Positions 11,435 to 23,268 of a DNA stretch of 56,150 nucleotides are shown piece by piece; position 1 is the stretch's first letter, and every line of letters starts with the position of its first letter. This DNA comes from Vitrella brassicaformis CCMP3155 (lineage: Eukaryota; Protista; Chromerida): assembly GCA_001179505.1 (NCBI GenBank), contig CDMY01000536.1, forward strand, positions 1 through 56,150. Direction: 5' to 3'. Position numbers and translations under genes: made by a program. Below the pieces are notes generated by a model. The model had not been told where the DNA came from. It did not search any database and saw only the letters and a list, made by a program, of their open reading frames with translations.

Positions 11435-14400
11435 TCAGAAGAATGGCGGCAGGTCCCTGCGCTGCTGCAGCCACGCCTGCATCAGCGTCAGAGGCTTCGC
11501 CACTGCCAACTCCCCTCCGCCACCCTCCTCCCCATCCCCACTATCTGCCGCCTTGGCCTCGCCCCTCCTCTGCCGCTTCACACGGGGCGCAGCGGCCGGC
11601 TCGTCAGATTCGTCATCCACACACGACGCACCTCTTGCACCACCACCACCACCGGCTGCTGCCGCTGCCGCCGATGAAGCAGCAGCTGCGGGGGCACCGC
11701 CGGCCTTGTCGTCTTGGAACTGGACGGCCCGTTTGCGTTTGCCAAGGATGTCTTGGCGGGCCTTCATGAGAAGCATGGGCTCTTTGATGGCCGGCCTGGG
11801 TGGCGAGGCGGGGTGGGGGCGGTTGGCGTGCTGTTGGTCGAGGGTGCGGTCGCTGAAGAGGTCGAGCTCCTTGTCGTCATGCGGGTTGTAGTCGGGCGGC
11901 GGCGCGTCCGCACGGGCCGCATCCATCTCAGGCTCCACCTCTATGTCTATGTCCATCTCTATCCCGCCACCCCTGTCCCTCTTCCTCTCCCCCTCCCCCT
12001 GTCCCTGCCCCCCAGCCGCCGCCTCCTTCTTGTCATGTTGCTCAGCCACGCCCATGGACTCCTCCTCCTTCCGTCTGCCCGGCCCCTGCCGCTCCGTCGT
12101 CTCCCCGCTGTCCACATCCATCGGCTGCTGCTCGGGCGTCTCCTCACGACCACGCTCTTGCTCTTGCTGTTGCTGGTGGTGCTGGTTGTGGTCTTGGATG
12201 GCGAGATGCTTGTCCTCGGCTATGCACTGGGAGGCGTTGAACATGGGTCTGGGTGGCGACGGGTCACGCTTGCTGCTCGTGCCGTGTGGGTGCTGCCCGT
12301 GGAGGGGCGGCGGGGCGTCTTCGAGCGTGTCTGGGAGGCCGCCACCTGAACCGGACTGAGACCGGGCAGCGGGGGGCTTCGGAGGACTGACAGAGACAGA
12401 GGCAGAGGCATCGGTCCATCAAATGGCCGTCTCAATGTATGTATCTTACCGTTTGTCCATGTTGCTGCCTGAGGTCGTGGTGTCTTGCTTCTTCTGCTTG
12501 TCGTCTTGACTCTGGCCGCTGCACACACACACACACACACACACGACAATTGATAAACCAACGAACAGCTTCGGCCCTCTCCCTTATCTCACCCGCTGGC
12601 CGGCTTGTCTCTGTCGTCGGACTTGCGCGTCTCCTCCGAGTCTTCCACACCGCCGTCGCCCCCCTGAACTTGCACGCCAATCTCTACGCCACCGCCCCTG
12701 CTCCCTTCCTCCCTCCCCTCTCTTTTGTCCCCACCCGACTTGACACACTTGTCCCTCTGACTGTCCGACAGGTTCTGCGGCTCACGCAATCCTCGGCGCG
12801 CCTTGGCCAGCTCGCCGACGACACGTGGCGCCTCAGGCATCTTCTCGCCGTCCTCCCGCTGGTCCTCTGTTGGCGGCAGGGCAGCGGCCGATTTCTCGGC
12901 GCTGGCATGACTCGCACCTCCACGGCGTGGGGGGGAGGACACGCCCGGCTCTAGGAAGGACGGCTCCTTCCTCAGCTGCTCGAGCTCGCGGTTGAGCTGC
13001 GACGATATGGCGAAAAGCGGGGCGGCCTTGCGGTTGGGAATGGCGGATGTCTGGCCCTGACTGATGGCCTGCTGTGGGAGTGCGAGTGCGGGTGCCTGCA
13101 GGACCTCCTCCGTCGCACCCATTCCATCGATAGCGCAGGAGGGCGGGGCATGCCGACGCATCGCCTCAGGGCGGCCACTGCCGGACTCGGCGGATGGCTC
13201 GCAGAGTGGCGGGGCGGGCCGCATGGCGACGATGTCGACATCGGCGGGGTCGTCCTTGTGTTGCTGCTCCTTGTCCTTGTCATGGCCTTGGTGTGAGTGC
13301 CCCGAGCCACTGTCGCCCGAGCCTCCGCGACGGAAACGCTTCAAGCTGATGGATTGACAAGGCAGACACAGAAATGGGTGGAGGGAAGGAGAGTCTGTGC
13401 ATATGGTGTGTGTGTGTGTGTGTACCTGGATGGTGCCCTTCCAGGGTCGGTCATCGGTAGGTTGAGGACGGTGTTTCCCCCCCTGGCTGCGGCGGCCCTC
13501 AGTGCCCGCGGGATGCGGGCATGCGCTCGCTGACTCTGACCCGAATCGGGCGTCAGCTGAGGCGCCTTCTGACTCGGCAAAGACGCTATAGACGCTGCTG
13601 CAGGTGACACAGCCATCTTCTCCTCCTCCTCGCCACCATCACCATCACCGGCACCACCACCAACAGCCCCGCTACGCTCCCCCTCCCCCTCGCGCTCGCC
13701 CTCATCACGAGCTACCTGACTGCCGCCTCCCGTCATCCCGTCATCTCCCTTCTTATCGTCAGCCGCACCCTTCTCCCCGTCAAGCATCACTTGGTCCTCC
13801 TCCTGCTGCTGTTGGTCGCCGTCCTTCATCTCCTCGTTCGCGTCATCCAGACGCTCTGCGCCTGGTCGACTGGGCCGTGCAGGGGACTCAGCGGCAAGCG
13901 CTGCAGCAGTGACCTCGCCGAGCATGGCGTCGGTCATGAGTGGGGCAGGTGCGTGTGGGGGTGGGACAGGTGGAGGGAGGGGGTCAGATCGGTCGGATGC
14001 TGTCTTGGATGCACCGTCGGGCTGCGATTCGGGCGACTCCCGGACGGTGGGCGGCAGCTCCATCGACGGGGGGTGGTCGGCCTGGTCTGAGTGGTCCGAT
14101 TGGGCCTGGGGCATGGCCGCGTCATCGCTGGCGTCGTTGCCCTCCCCCGCCCCCTCGCCGCCACCAATCATGTCCACCTCGTCTTGTGGCACCGTCTGCT
14201 CGTGCGGGTGGTCAGAGCCCTCCCCCTCCACCTCGCCATTCTGCCCAGCACCACAGCTCTCCATTTCGTGCTTGTCTTGCTCGGGCTGTTGCTGTTGCTG
14301 TTGCTGCTGGTGCAGGGGGGGCTCTCCGGGAGGTGCCATCTCCATGTCATGGTCTGGCAGCGTCCCATGGTCGGGCAGAGTGGCCTCGCAACCTCTCTGC

Positions 14401-16207
14401 AGAGACGGCGACGGAGGGGACGGGACGGCGCCGTTCTCGTTCTCGTCAACACTATCAACACCAGCAGCAGCGGCCCCCTGGCCATGGCCATGCTCGTCCT
14501 TGTTCGTCTGATCTTCCTTGGCCCCATCTCGGCCGAGGGGTGAGGGTGAGGGTGGGCGGGGGCGGCGGCGGACCGACTTCCCTGACTGCGGGGTCAGGAA
14601 CTCGTCATCGGCCAGCGGCTGGGTGGCCAACATCTGCCGTCCGCCCGGCGAATAGACGGGAGGGGGCTCGCTCTTCGGTGAGCCCCGAGCAGGTGATGCA
14701 CACTCTTGCTCCTGATCTTGGTCTGGGGCCTTCTGGCCGCCCTCTTCTCCGCCCCCCTCCCCTCCCTTGTCTTCCTCCTCGTCGGTGTCACGAATCGTCT
14801 CGATCTGCTCCGGCTCGCCTTGCCCACTTGCCGGCGCTGGGATCTCCTCTCCGTTGTTCTCCATCGGACGATCCTCGGCGACCCCCTCGCCATGCTGGGC
14901 GTCCCCAACATCCTCTTTGGGTCCGTCGTGGTTGCTCTGGTCCTGGTCGAGAGTGGGTGGCAGTCGTCTCGGGACGAAGGGTATCTGTGCGGTCTCAGCG
15001 GCACCCTGCAGCAGGGGGTGGGGGTGGGGGCGCTGCTGCTGCTGCTGCTCGTCCGGCTCCGACGGTTGTGAGCTGCGCCGCCGCTGTGCGAGCAGCAACT
15101 GCAGGCTGCCGGCTGACGGTCGCAGTGGGTTCCCGAAGGATGACTTTTTGCTCAACGCGGCCGACAGACGGGGCGGGGGGGCGTCAACCGTACCTGCCAT
15201 GGGAGGACAACATGAATGTGGGTAGACAGACATATGTGCAGGTGGGGCACGTGTCAGTAATGGTTGGGCTGACCAGCGATCATGTCTAGGAGGTCGTCAT
15301 CGTCCTCGACGCCGCCGCTCGACCTGCGGGGCGGCCTCTCGTCGCTGAGCCTCTCCTCCTTGACACGCGCACCGGGGCTGTCGCCATCTGAGTCCTCCTC
15401 TCCCTCTCCCTCTCCCTCACCCTTGGAGAGCAGGACAGCAAACGACACAGTCGTGTGTGTACGTGTGTGTGAATGGATGGATGGATGGATGGATGGCTGC
15501 ATGGCCCCAGGTGGTTGTGTGTGCGGCTAGGTGTGGGTGTGGTGCAGTGTACCTCTTCCAGTTTGCCGAGGGCGGTTCTGAAATTGGTGAACGGATCGTT
15601 GCCAGCGACCGGATCGCCGCCACCGACAGGATCGCCGCCACCGACAGGATCTTCGTCATCGACAGGTGCGCCCCTGACCATCAATCCCACCACAGCCACA
15701 CATGCGGGCGACACGTGTCACTGCTGGCCAGCTGGTCGGCTCTCTGTCCCTCTGACCCACTCACTCCAGCTGGCGAGCCTGCGATGCTGTTATGTCAACG
15801 TTGTCAATCTCGAGAAACGCATCCGCCTTGCTCTCGTTGGCCTGACAGACACCAAAGACAGACAGACAGACAGACGCACCCTCACACACACACTCGAAAG
15901 ATGGTAGGACCAGCACCACCACACCCTCCCTCGCCCCCCCTCCCTCTCCCCCGCCCCCCCCCCCTCTCTGCTGACTGACCTTGCTTTGTATGTGTGTGAA
16001 GTGTGCGATGAGGTTCGGGAGTTTGCCCTGTTTGACGGCGAGAGAGGCGGGCTTTGGGAATTCGCCGACCATGTCGTGTGGGACCATGATCTTGACTGAG
16101 TGGATGACGGCCCTGACGCTGCGGCCCTCCACGCCGTCCGCATCGTCATCGAACCACTGCAGGAATACCCTGGCGTCCACTATCGAATCTACACATCAAC
16201 CATACAT

Positions 16208-16240
<33 letters not shown>

Positions 16241-16555
16241 CGCTGCCGTCCTGACCCGTCCTTGGTGTGTGTGTGGTGTGTTCCAAGTGCTGACAGACAT
16301 ACTGTTGAGCCCATCGATGTCTGGTTCGTCGCAGAGTGAGTCGCTCATCATGTTACTCTTGCAGGATCCCGTCACGATGGCCTTGACACACGCTCGGTTG
16401 TCATGCAGCACACACGTCGCTATGGCATCACAGCCCTGGCAGTCCACCGTCTTCGACAACTTGACCAGCCGGCACGGTTGGTTGATACCTGCACGGACCA
16501 GACGGAGGATGCGATGCATCCATCGCAATTGCTCCTGGGCTGCAATGCCATCCAT
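11435..16555 (-). CDS. Large multi-exon protein: N-terminal OB-fold-like domain (TPP1/Est3-like) plus a long acidic, low-complexity tail
   Basis: Exons join in frame (DGLN|NSIVDARVF); long ORFs 13341-15233, 12589-13344 and 11435-12244 have coding-like composition; stop TGA at 11435. The domain call is by motif pattern only. Confidence 0.7.
15593..15664 (-). repeat. Four 18-bp coding tandem units (VDDEDP-VGGGDP-VGGGDP-VAGNDP)
   Basis: GGATCGCCGCCACCGACA occurs twice exactly, with degenerate copies on each side. Confidence 0.9.
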
Positions 16556-16899
16556 CTCAAGCCTTACTGAGATCGATGCGCCGGAGGGGTTTTGGCGTTG
16601 ACCTATCGAGGTTGTGTATCTCCCTGCGCACGAAGTCCTCCACAGCCGACGCCACCCATGCCCGCTTCTTCACGTACTCCGTCATTTCTTACACGCAAAC
16701 CTTCTCCTCATTACAGCAGCCCTCACAGGCCACACGCTGGCCGAAAAGGCCCTTCAACCCCACACACATGGCTTGACACATGGTGCAACTGCAACTCTCA
16801 GCGCGAGCTTTTGGGATCCCCTCGTAAACACCGTGACGCAGCGCTCCAGGCCTGTCAGGAGGCCCAGACCACACACGCACATCCGAGTAGCTGCCCACC

Positions 16900-18337
16900 A
16901 TGTTCTTTTCTGCTGGCCGCCCGTCTCCCTCCTCACTGGTGGGTGAACTCGCCTCGCTGAAGGAGAACCCCGCGACATTCAGCCTATTGTCACAGCACGG
17001 CCTGGAGGTGGCACAGCCATCCGCGTCGAGCATCTTCGGGGCACATCAAGCGAGCATCACCCTCTCTGTGGAGGGAACCGACATGCCCATCATCCGCTGC
17101 TCGCAGGCCGCCTCACTCGAGGTCCCTGCACCTTCGCTCGGTACACAAAGTGCACACCAGCCACCATTGAGTGTCACAATTTCATTCATTCAGGCATCTT
17201 CTGACCCATTTCTGTGTCTGCCTGTGCGTGTGTTTTGTGTTTGTGTGTGTGCGCAGCGATTCTGACAGGCAACGAGAATGGCCGGTACCCTCTGTCGAAG
17301 AAGCATATCGATGAGTTCCTGCAGTCATTCGGCGACTACCAATCGCGGCAGCTCGTGTCGGACAACTGGAAGGGGAGCCTCTCAGCGACCAGCAGAGGCG
17401 AGGTGGCCAACGTCCACGTGGCGGGACAGGCGTGCTTCCTGCCTGTGGCCGAGACCTCCCCCCTGTTTGGCGGCCACGACGCCGTGCCTTTCCGCATCAC
17501 CTACTTCAACTCCAAGAGCCATCCCAGCAGCCCCGCTGCTATGGTGGTCGTCGCCTCGGCATTCGGGGCGTCGTCACAAGCACCCACCTCCAGGAGGCAA
17601 CACCTGTTTCACAACAGTGACGGCAAGAGGTGAGGTGGGTGACAGGCCAGACGGCATGGGCTGTCTTAATGCTCCATTTCCTTTTTCTCGTCGTCAGGTG
17701 TCCCTTTCTGGTCGAGAGGACGTCGGCCAGTCGCATGCGTGAGGGCCAGCACCAGCAGCAGCAGGAGGAAGCGGCCCCCGCGGCCCTATCTGCGCAGGAG
17801 GAGGCCAAGAACTGCCTGCTCGTCATCGAGGTTCCCTTGAAGACGACCCCCCAGCCCCTGTTCGGCACGCCACACGCTCTCTTGGCTTCTGGCGGAGGGA
17901 TATTCGGCTCGCCGGCGATCACACAACCTGGCACGGCAGCGGGGGCCATTCCCACACAACAATTCGGAGGTGGTGAGGCCGATGAGAGAGAGGGTCGATC
18001 CATCGGATGCTTACCTATCCTGTCTGTCTGCCTGCGTCTTTCTTGGTGTCAGGTGGTTTTGGAGGTGGCGGTGGTTTGTTCGGCAGCTCTTCGGGTCAGG
18101 TCGGAGGGGGCCTGTTTGGCAGCAGCGGCGCGGCGGAGCCACCATCTGCATCTGCATCTGCTGGTGCCCCGACCGGCACTCAGGAGGCGGCCGTTATCTC
18201 CCTGGGGGAGGAGGGGGGACTGTGGCCTTACGACCCCTCAATCAAGATCGAACGCGATCAAGTGGTCAGTTGGGGGGGCACCGAGCAAACACACCTGGGA
18301 CGGGCACACAAACCCCTCTCCTCATTGTGTCTGACAC

Positions 18338-18374
<37 letters not shown>

Positions 18375-19431
18375 TGTGTGCGTGTGCCGTGCAGGCGCCT
18401 CTGAAGGTTACCATCCTGTTCTACTACGGTGCGTCGTCGTCGTACCTCGACTCATCGACGGTGCAAAGGGTCAAGGCGCAGCTCGAGGCGGCCCGCGCAC
18501 AGGACTTCTTGACGCAGCTGGTGCAGCAGTGGGAGGCGTTGGGCTATGACGGTGCGCCTCGGGGTGCCCCCACGGCCGGCAGCAAGGTCGGCGGGGTGCA
18601 GCTGTCGCCCCAGGAAGCCGAGGAGATGCGAATGCGCCAGAGGGACGAGCCGCTCTTCACTGCAGCCGTCAGGTGGGGGCGACAGGGAGGGAGGGAGGGT
18701 GACAGCATGAGTGAGGCGATGGTACACATCCATGTGTGTGTCGTGTTGGATGGATGGGCGCAGGCGCGACATCTACCGTGTGTTGAGCGACAAGAGCCGT
18801 GCAGCGGCTGGCGTGACGGCCAAAGCGCCCCGTGACCGCCTCACACAAGAGGAGGCCACAGCGTCCGCCGACGACTCACCACTCGCCACCATCCTCGCTG
18901 TCAAGAAAGGCATGTACACCTGCGACCATCAACGCCCATCCTATGCCATCCCCTCATTCCCTCCTCTGCGGCCATACGTCAGATGGTCCCGAGTTCTTCT
19001 TCACGAGGCAGCACAAGCCGGCCACCCTGCCGGCGGGCTTCGAGCCGGTCTCGTCGACGGAGCTGGTGGAGGCCATCTCGTTTATCGGCAAGGCCTCCAC
19101 CGTGGCCACTCGGCTGACCAAGGCGTTTGAGGAGTATCTTGTTCGTGAGCTGGTGCCCAACTGGACCACTGCTGACGACCTGACTATCCACTTCCTGACC
19201 GCCTTTGCCGCAGAGGTGAGACAAGACAAGGCGCACAGCTGAGGTCGTGGCATCTATCTGCGCGCTTGTGTGTGTGTGTGTGTGTGTGTGCTTGTGCAGT
19301 TGTCTCCTCGTTTCGGTTTGGCTGACCGCGTGTGCCGTGTAGGGCTGTCGGCTGATGACGTGGCCTTTGTCAATTCGTCGCCGCAGGTGGATCCCAAGGT
19401 CAAGACACTCATGCAGACCTTCCAGTCATAG
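16900..19431 (+). CDS. Uncharacterised multi-exon protein with MPIIR and QACFLP motifs and an FG/GLFG-rich insert; 3' end uncertain (19431 or 19524)
   Basis: CCACCATG start at 16900; GT-AG exons encode TDMPIIR, GNENG, AGQACFLPV, RITYFN, EEAKNCLLVIEVPLK, PLKVTILFYY. Confidence 0.72.
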
Positions 19432-20014
19432 AGAGATGGCCACGATAGATGCGCAACAATTTGCCCGAAGGGGCTCAGGGAGGCGTGGGACGCGGCGTAC
19501 AACGAGAGAAAGCAGCTGAAGTGATAGATAACTCCCTGCCTCCCTCTCTCTGTGTATGTGTCTTGGTGGGGGCGAAGGTGTTTATCATTGTTGCTTAGGA
19601 GGGCTTTTCTTACTTGTCATGTCATTCACTGGCTGGCGATTAGATCTGTGTGGCGTCATGGCTGACTGCATTTGTCGATCGACGTGGGTCGGTGGGTGGG
19701 TCGCTGGCTGATGGCCGTCATGGCCCGCTCGGACGGTATGTATCTTTCGACACAGCTCTGCATGTTCGGTGTATGTAAATGCTCTTACGCCCGGCAGAAT
19801 TCACTCGCACACACGACGCAGCGGCGGCCATCGCGTTTGTCAGGAGAGGAACAGGGAGACAAACGATACCGCGTTCTGCGCGGCGCATGCCAAACGCACC
19901 AACATATCTCATCCGCACGAAGGGGATCAGTAGCCTGTGTGTCAGTCACGTATGTGCATCCTGTCTGTGGGGCGGCCGCCACACCGAGGGTCTTGCGGTT
20001 GTCAACAGCTAGCA

Positions 20015-20054
20015 GGGTTTGGGGGTTACAGGGTAGGGTGTCAAACCCTAAACC
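20015..20054. promoter_or_regulatory. G-quadruplex-type motif next to a telomere-like C-strand motif
   Basis: GGGTTTGGGGGTTACAGGGTAGGG (20015-20038) followed by AAACCCTAAACC (20043-20054), about 290 bp upstream of the RING-TLDc ATG. Confidence 0.45.
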
Positions 20055-20338
20055 ATTGAATTGAGAGATTTGGTAGAACTAGTCCAGGCTGAGAAGAATA
20101 GAGCTCCGCCAGACTGCTGCTGACGTGTCTACGGTGGAAACACGTCACCGAACTACCACAGCGAACTCATAGCAGGTATGCCCACTGCACAGAGAGAGCG
20201 AGGCCGGGCACTGCACTCGTCATTCATCGCATTTGCCCTGCTGCGTGTTGCCAGGCGCCTCGCCCTGCTGCTGCGGCAAGTCGCCTCTGACCTGACGGCA
20301 TAGCATAGCACAGAGTAGACAGAACACAGCCTACCGTC

Positions 20339-21840
20339 ATGGCAGGCCTGATTCGCTGCCTGAAGCGCAAGGAGCCGCCCTGCAGCTCGGCTGATGACGA
20401 CGGCAACACATGCGTCGTGTGTTTCAGAAAGTGGGAGATCGAGGGCGACCAGATGCCGATGAACCTCGGCAAATGCGGTGAGAGGGCGGACACACACGTC
20501 AGTCAACACAGATACATGCTGTGCAATGCGTTTCCTCTCCTCTTCGTTTGTCTGTTGATGTGATGGATGCAGGTCACGCACTGTGCAACGAGGTGAGGCC
20601 ACACCACACATACGGTGTGAGGCCGCCAGTGCAGTGCGGGTGTGTGCGCTTGTGCAGTGTGTGCGACGATGCGAGCAACCCAATGGAAGCGTCAAATGCC
20701 CTACCTGCAGGTAGCCGAAGTGACTGACACACGAATGACATATGCTCACTCACAGCCACTTCCTCACTCTCTCTGTCTGTGTCATGCGACGCAGGGTGGT
20801 TTGCACGGCGGCCTGCATCACCAAGTCCTGGAGCATGATCAAGCTGCTCGAGTATCAGCAGAAGAAGGAAGCATCCACACGCATCAACAAGCTACTGGTG
20901 CGCACACACGCTTTCACACACACACACGAGCCGGCCGATGGATGGGTACTGTCGGTCACTGCGACTGGCGGCGGGAGTCTGCCACACACAGAGTAGTCTT
21001 GCTGCTGCAGGACCTCCTGCCGGTTCTGAGGCGATACCTCAACGACGCCACGGCCCTCCTATGCGACACTGCCATCACATTCCTCGTTCCAAAGGTGGAC
21101 AAGTTGGAGGGGCGGGGACCATTAGGCATGGATGGATGGATGATCTCTGGTGCATGTGGTGCAATTGGTTGTGTGCAGGTGTGTGTGCCTCTGGGCAGCT
21201 CGCTGACCGAGTCCGAGTTCAAGGGTCTCCGCGGCCTGATCGGCGGCCAGGTCAAGCTCAAGTCCATCTACCGGTACGCAGAGCACACACATTCCATACG
21301 TCCACTGCACCACCGGATGTGTGTCGTTTGTGGTGCAGCACGTCTCTCCACGGCTCGGCGCATCGCAATGTGCTGCGGTGTGTGGGCGACAAGAGGGGCC
21401 TGGCGTTCGTCATCCGCAAGAACCAGTACGTCTTCGGCGCCTTCATCAGTGACGGCCTTCAGGAGCCCACACGTCCCGAGTAGTGGCCGACCAGATGGTA
21501 CAGGTGTGACGTGTGGGATTTCTCGCTGGCCGGCCACTTCCCCCAGCCGACCAAGATCGAGATCAGCCGAGGGGATCAGTGGGTGGAGGTGGCGGGGAGG
21601 GAGGGGTGTGCGTGGCGTGCGAAAGTGGCGATCGGTGGGTTCCTGTTGTTGGGCTACGATGGCCGTGGCAGTGGCCGCCCGGCTGCCGACATCCGCAGCT
21701 GTGCCCAATTCATCCCCTACAGCGGCTATCTGCCTGAGGGCTATGTGGGAGTGAGAGATAGCGATGGCCATGCAGTGCTGGGCGGGTCGTATAAGTTCGA
21801 TGCGGATGAGATAGAGGTGCTGCACGTGGGCGGGGAGTGA
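20339..21840 (+). pseudogene. C3HC4 RING finger plus TLDc domain gene with an in-frame TAG at 21481-21483
   Basis: Spliced RING CVVC...CGHALCNECVRRC...CPTCR. TLDc motifs LKSIYR, FVIRKNQYVFGAFIS, CDVWDFSLAGHF, FDADEIEVLHV. The frame is continuous across the stop. Confidence 0.78.
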
Positions 21841-22662
21841 GTGTCTGTTTGAGGTGCATCCGGTTCTCGACGTGGGCGGGGCATGAGGGCGGTAGATAGG
21901 TCAGTGACAGAGGGAGGGGGAGGATGTGTCTGTGTGTGTGAGGCGGCTGTTATGTGATTGCTCTCTTCTCCCCATCCCACGCTGCACAGCCATTCCCATG
22001 TGCAGGAGGGCTCTGTGGATGTGATGTGTACATGCCCCACGAGCTGTCTGTCTGCACAGCTTATTACGTATATTCATTCCATCGCTTCTGAGACCCAAAG
22101 AGACTGACTCACTGATGTGATCGACTCAATGCACCTGCTGCATCTGTCGTGCTGTCCTGACGTGTCATGGCCAATGAATAGCTTGACACAGACACATCGA
22201 TGTCAATTCATTGTCTCTCTCTCTCTCTTTGTGTGCTCTCTGGGCCTGGGTGGTATGCCTGCCTGAGTGTCTTTCGCTCGTGTCCCTGCCTGTCTGTCTG
22301 CCTGTTCTCTGTCTGTCTGTCTGTCTGCCTGTGGATGTGTGCGCGGCCTTATTTCCTTCCTTCCACCGATGTGTGCAGACAAACAAAGATGAGCAATGGA
22401 CGAATGAATGGTGTGGCTGTCGGATTGCTTTATTGCGTTCATTGTGCACCTACATGGCCTGACAGCTGTGGTGTGGCGGATGGACACCCTGGCTGTGTGC
22501 GCATGGGACCGACCGATTGTGGGTGTGGTGTGCAGCTTAGTTGAATGCACTCGTGTGCTGTGCCTTCAATCATTCACACATCGAACAAATATCACTCACA
22601 CGAGTCACCGACACGCACAGATGCGCAGCGTCCAATAAAGACACCCACCCCCCCACACAGAG

Positions 22663-23234
22663 CTAGCAGGTGGTGAGTACGAGTTTGGGCATGATGCACA
22701 TGGCCATGAGCTCCTGGAAGAGCAGCTTGCAGGCGTAGGGCAGGCAGATCTGGCTGATGTCGGTCTTCTTCTGACACGCGCGGCACTCGTAATGGTGACG
22801 GTGCAAAGTCGCCACTGCAAAAGCCCCACACTGACACACACACACACACACACACACAGAGAAAGAGAGCGGTGGATGGTGGGTGGGATGCTTCTGAGGA
22901 ACTGACTGGGCTCACTCACCTCGTCGCGTACGTGGACTCGGTAAGCATCGCTCATGTCGAAGAGTCACTCCTTGACCATCTTGGCCGCCCGTGGGAAATC
23001 ATGCAGTCCCTCTCCATCTCACCAAACCTACCCAGACACAGGCACACGGAACGGACACACACACACACACAGGGTGGAGTGGGGTGTGCGATGGATGCGA
23101 GCGTCTGTGTGCTTGTTGCCAGCCGGCTTACCGAAGGCCGCCCTCTCTCGCCCGGCCCTCCATCGGCTGGCGCGACAGCATCACCTGCAAGTGTGTGTAG
23201 TGAGTGGATCACAGACCTGTTTGTCTGGATGTCC

Positions 23235-23268
<34 letters not shown>

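Noticed and set aside
13940-15289. Long antisense ORFs (also 30519-31892, 39155-40258, 55012-55860)
   Set aside because: Shadow frames of GC-rich coding exons on the opposite strand, with no recognisable motifs.
19560-20000. Possible gene remnant in short ORFs
   Set aside because: No domain signal or consistent exon chain.
21481-21483. TAG reassignment (alternative genetic code) to explain in-frame TAGs
   Set aside because: TAG ends the RPB2-like frame at its expected C-terminus (22663) and ends uL2 (54826) directly before a microsatellite, so TAG works as a stop.
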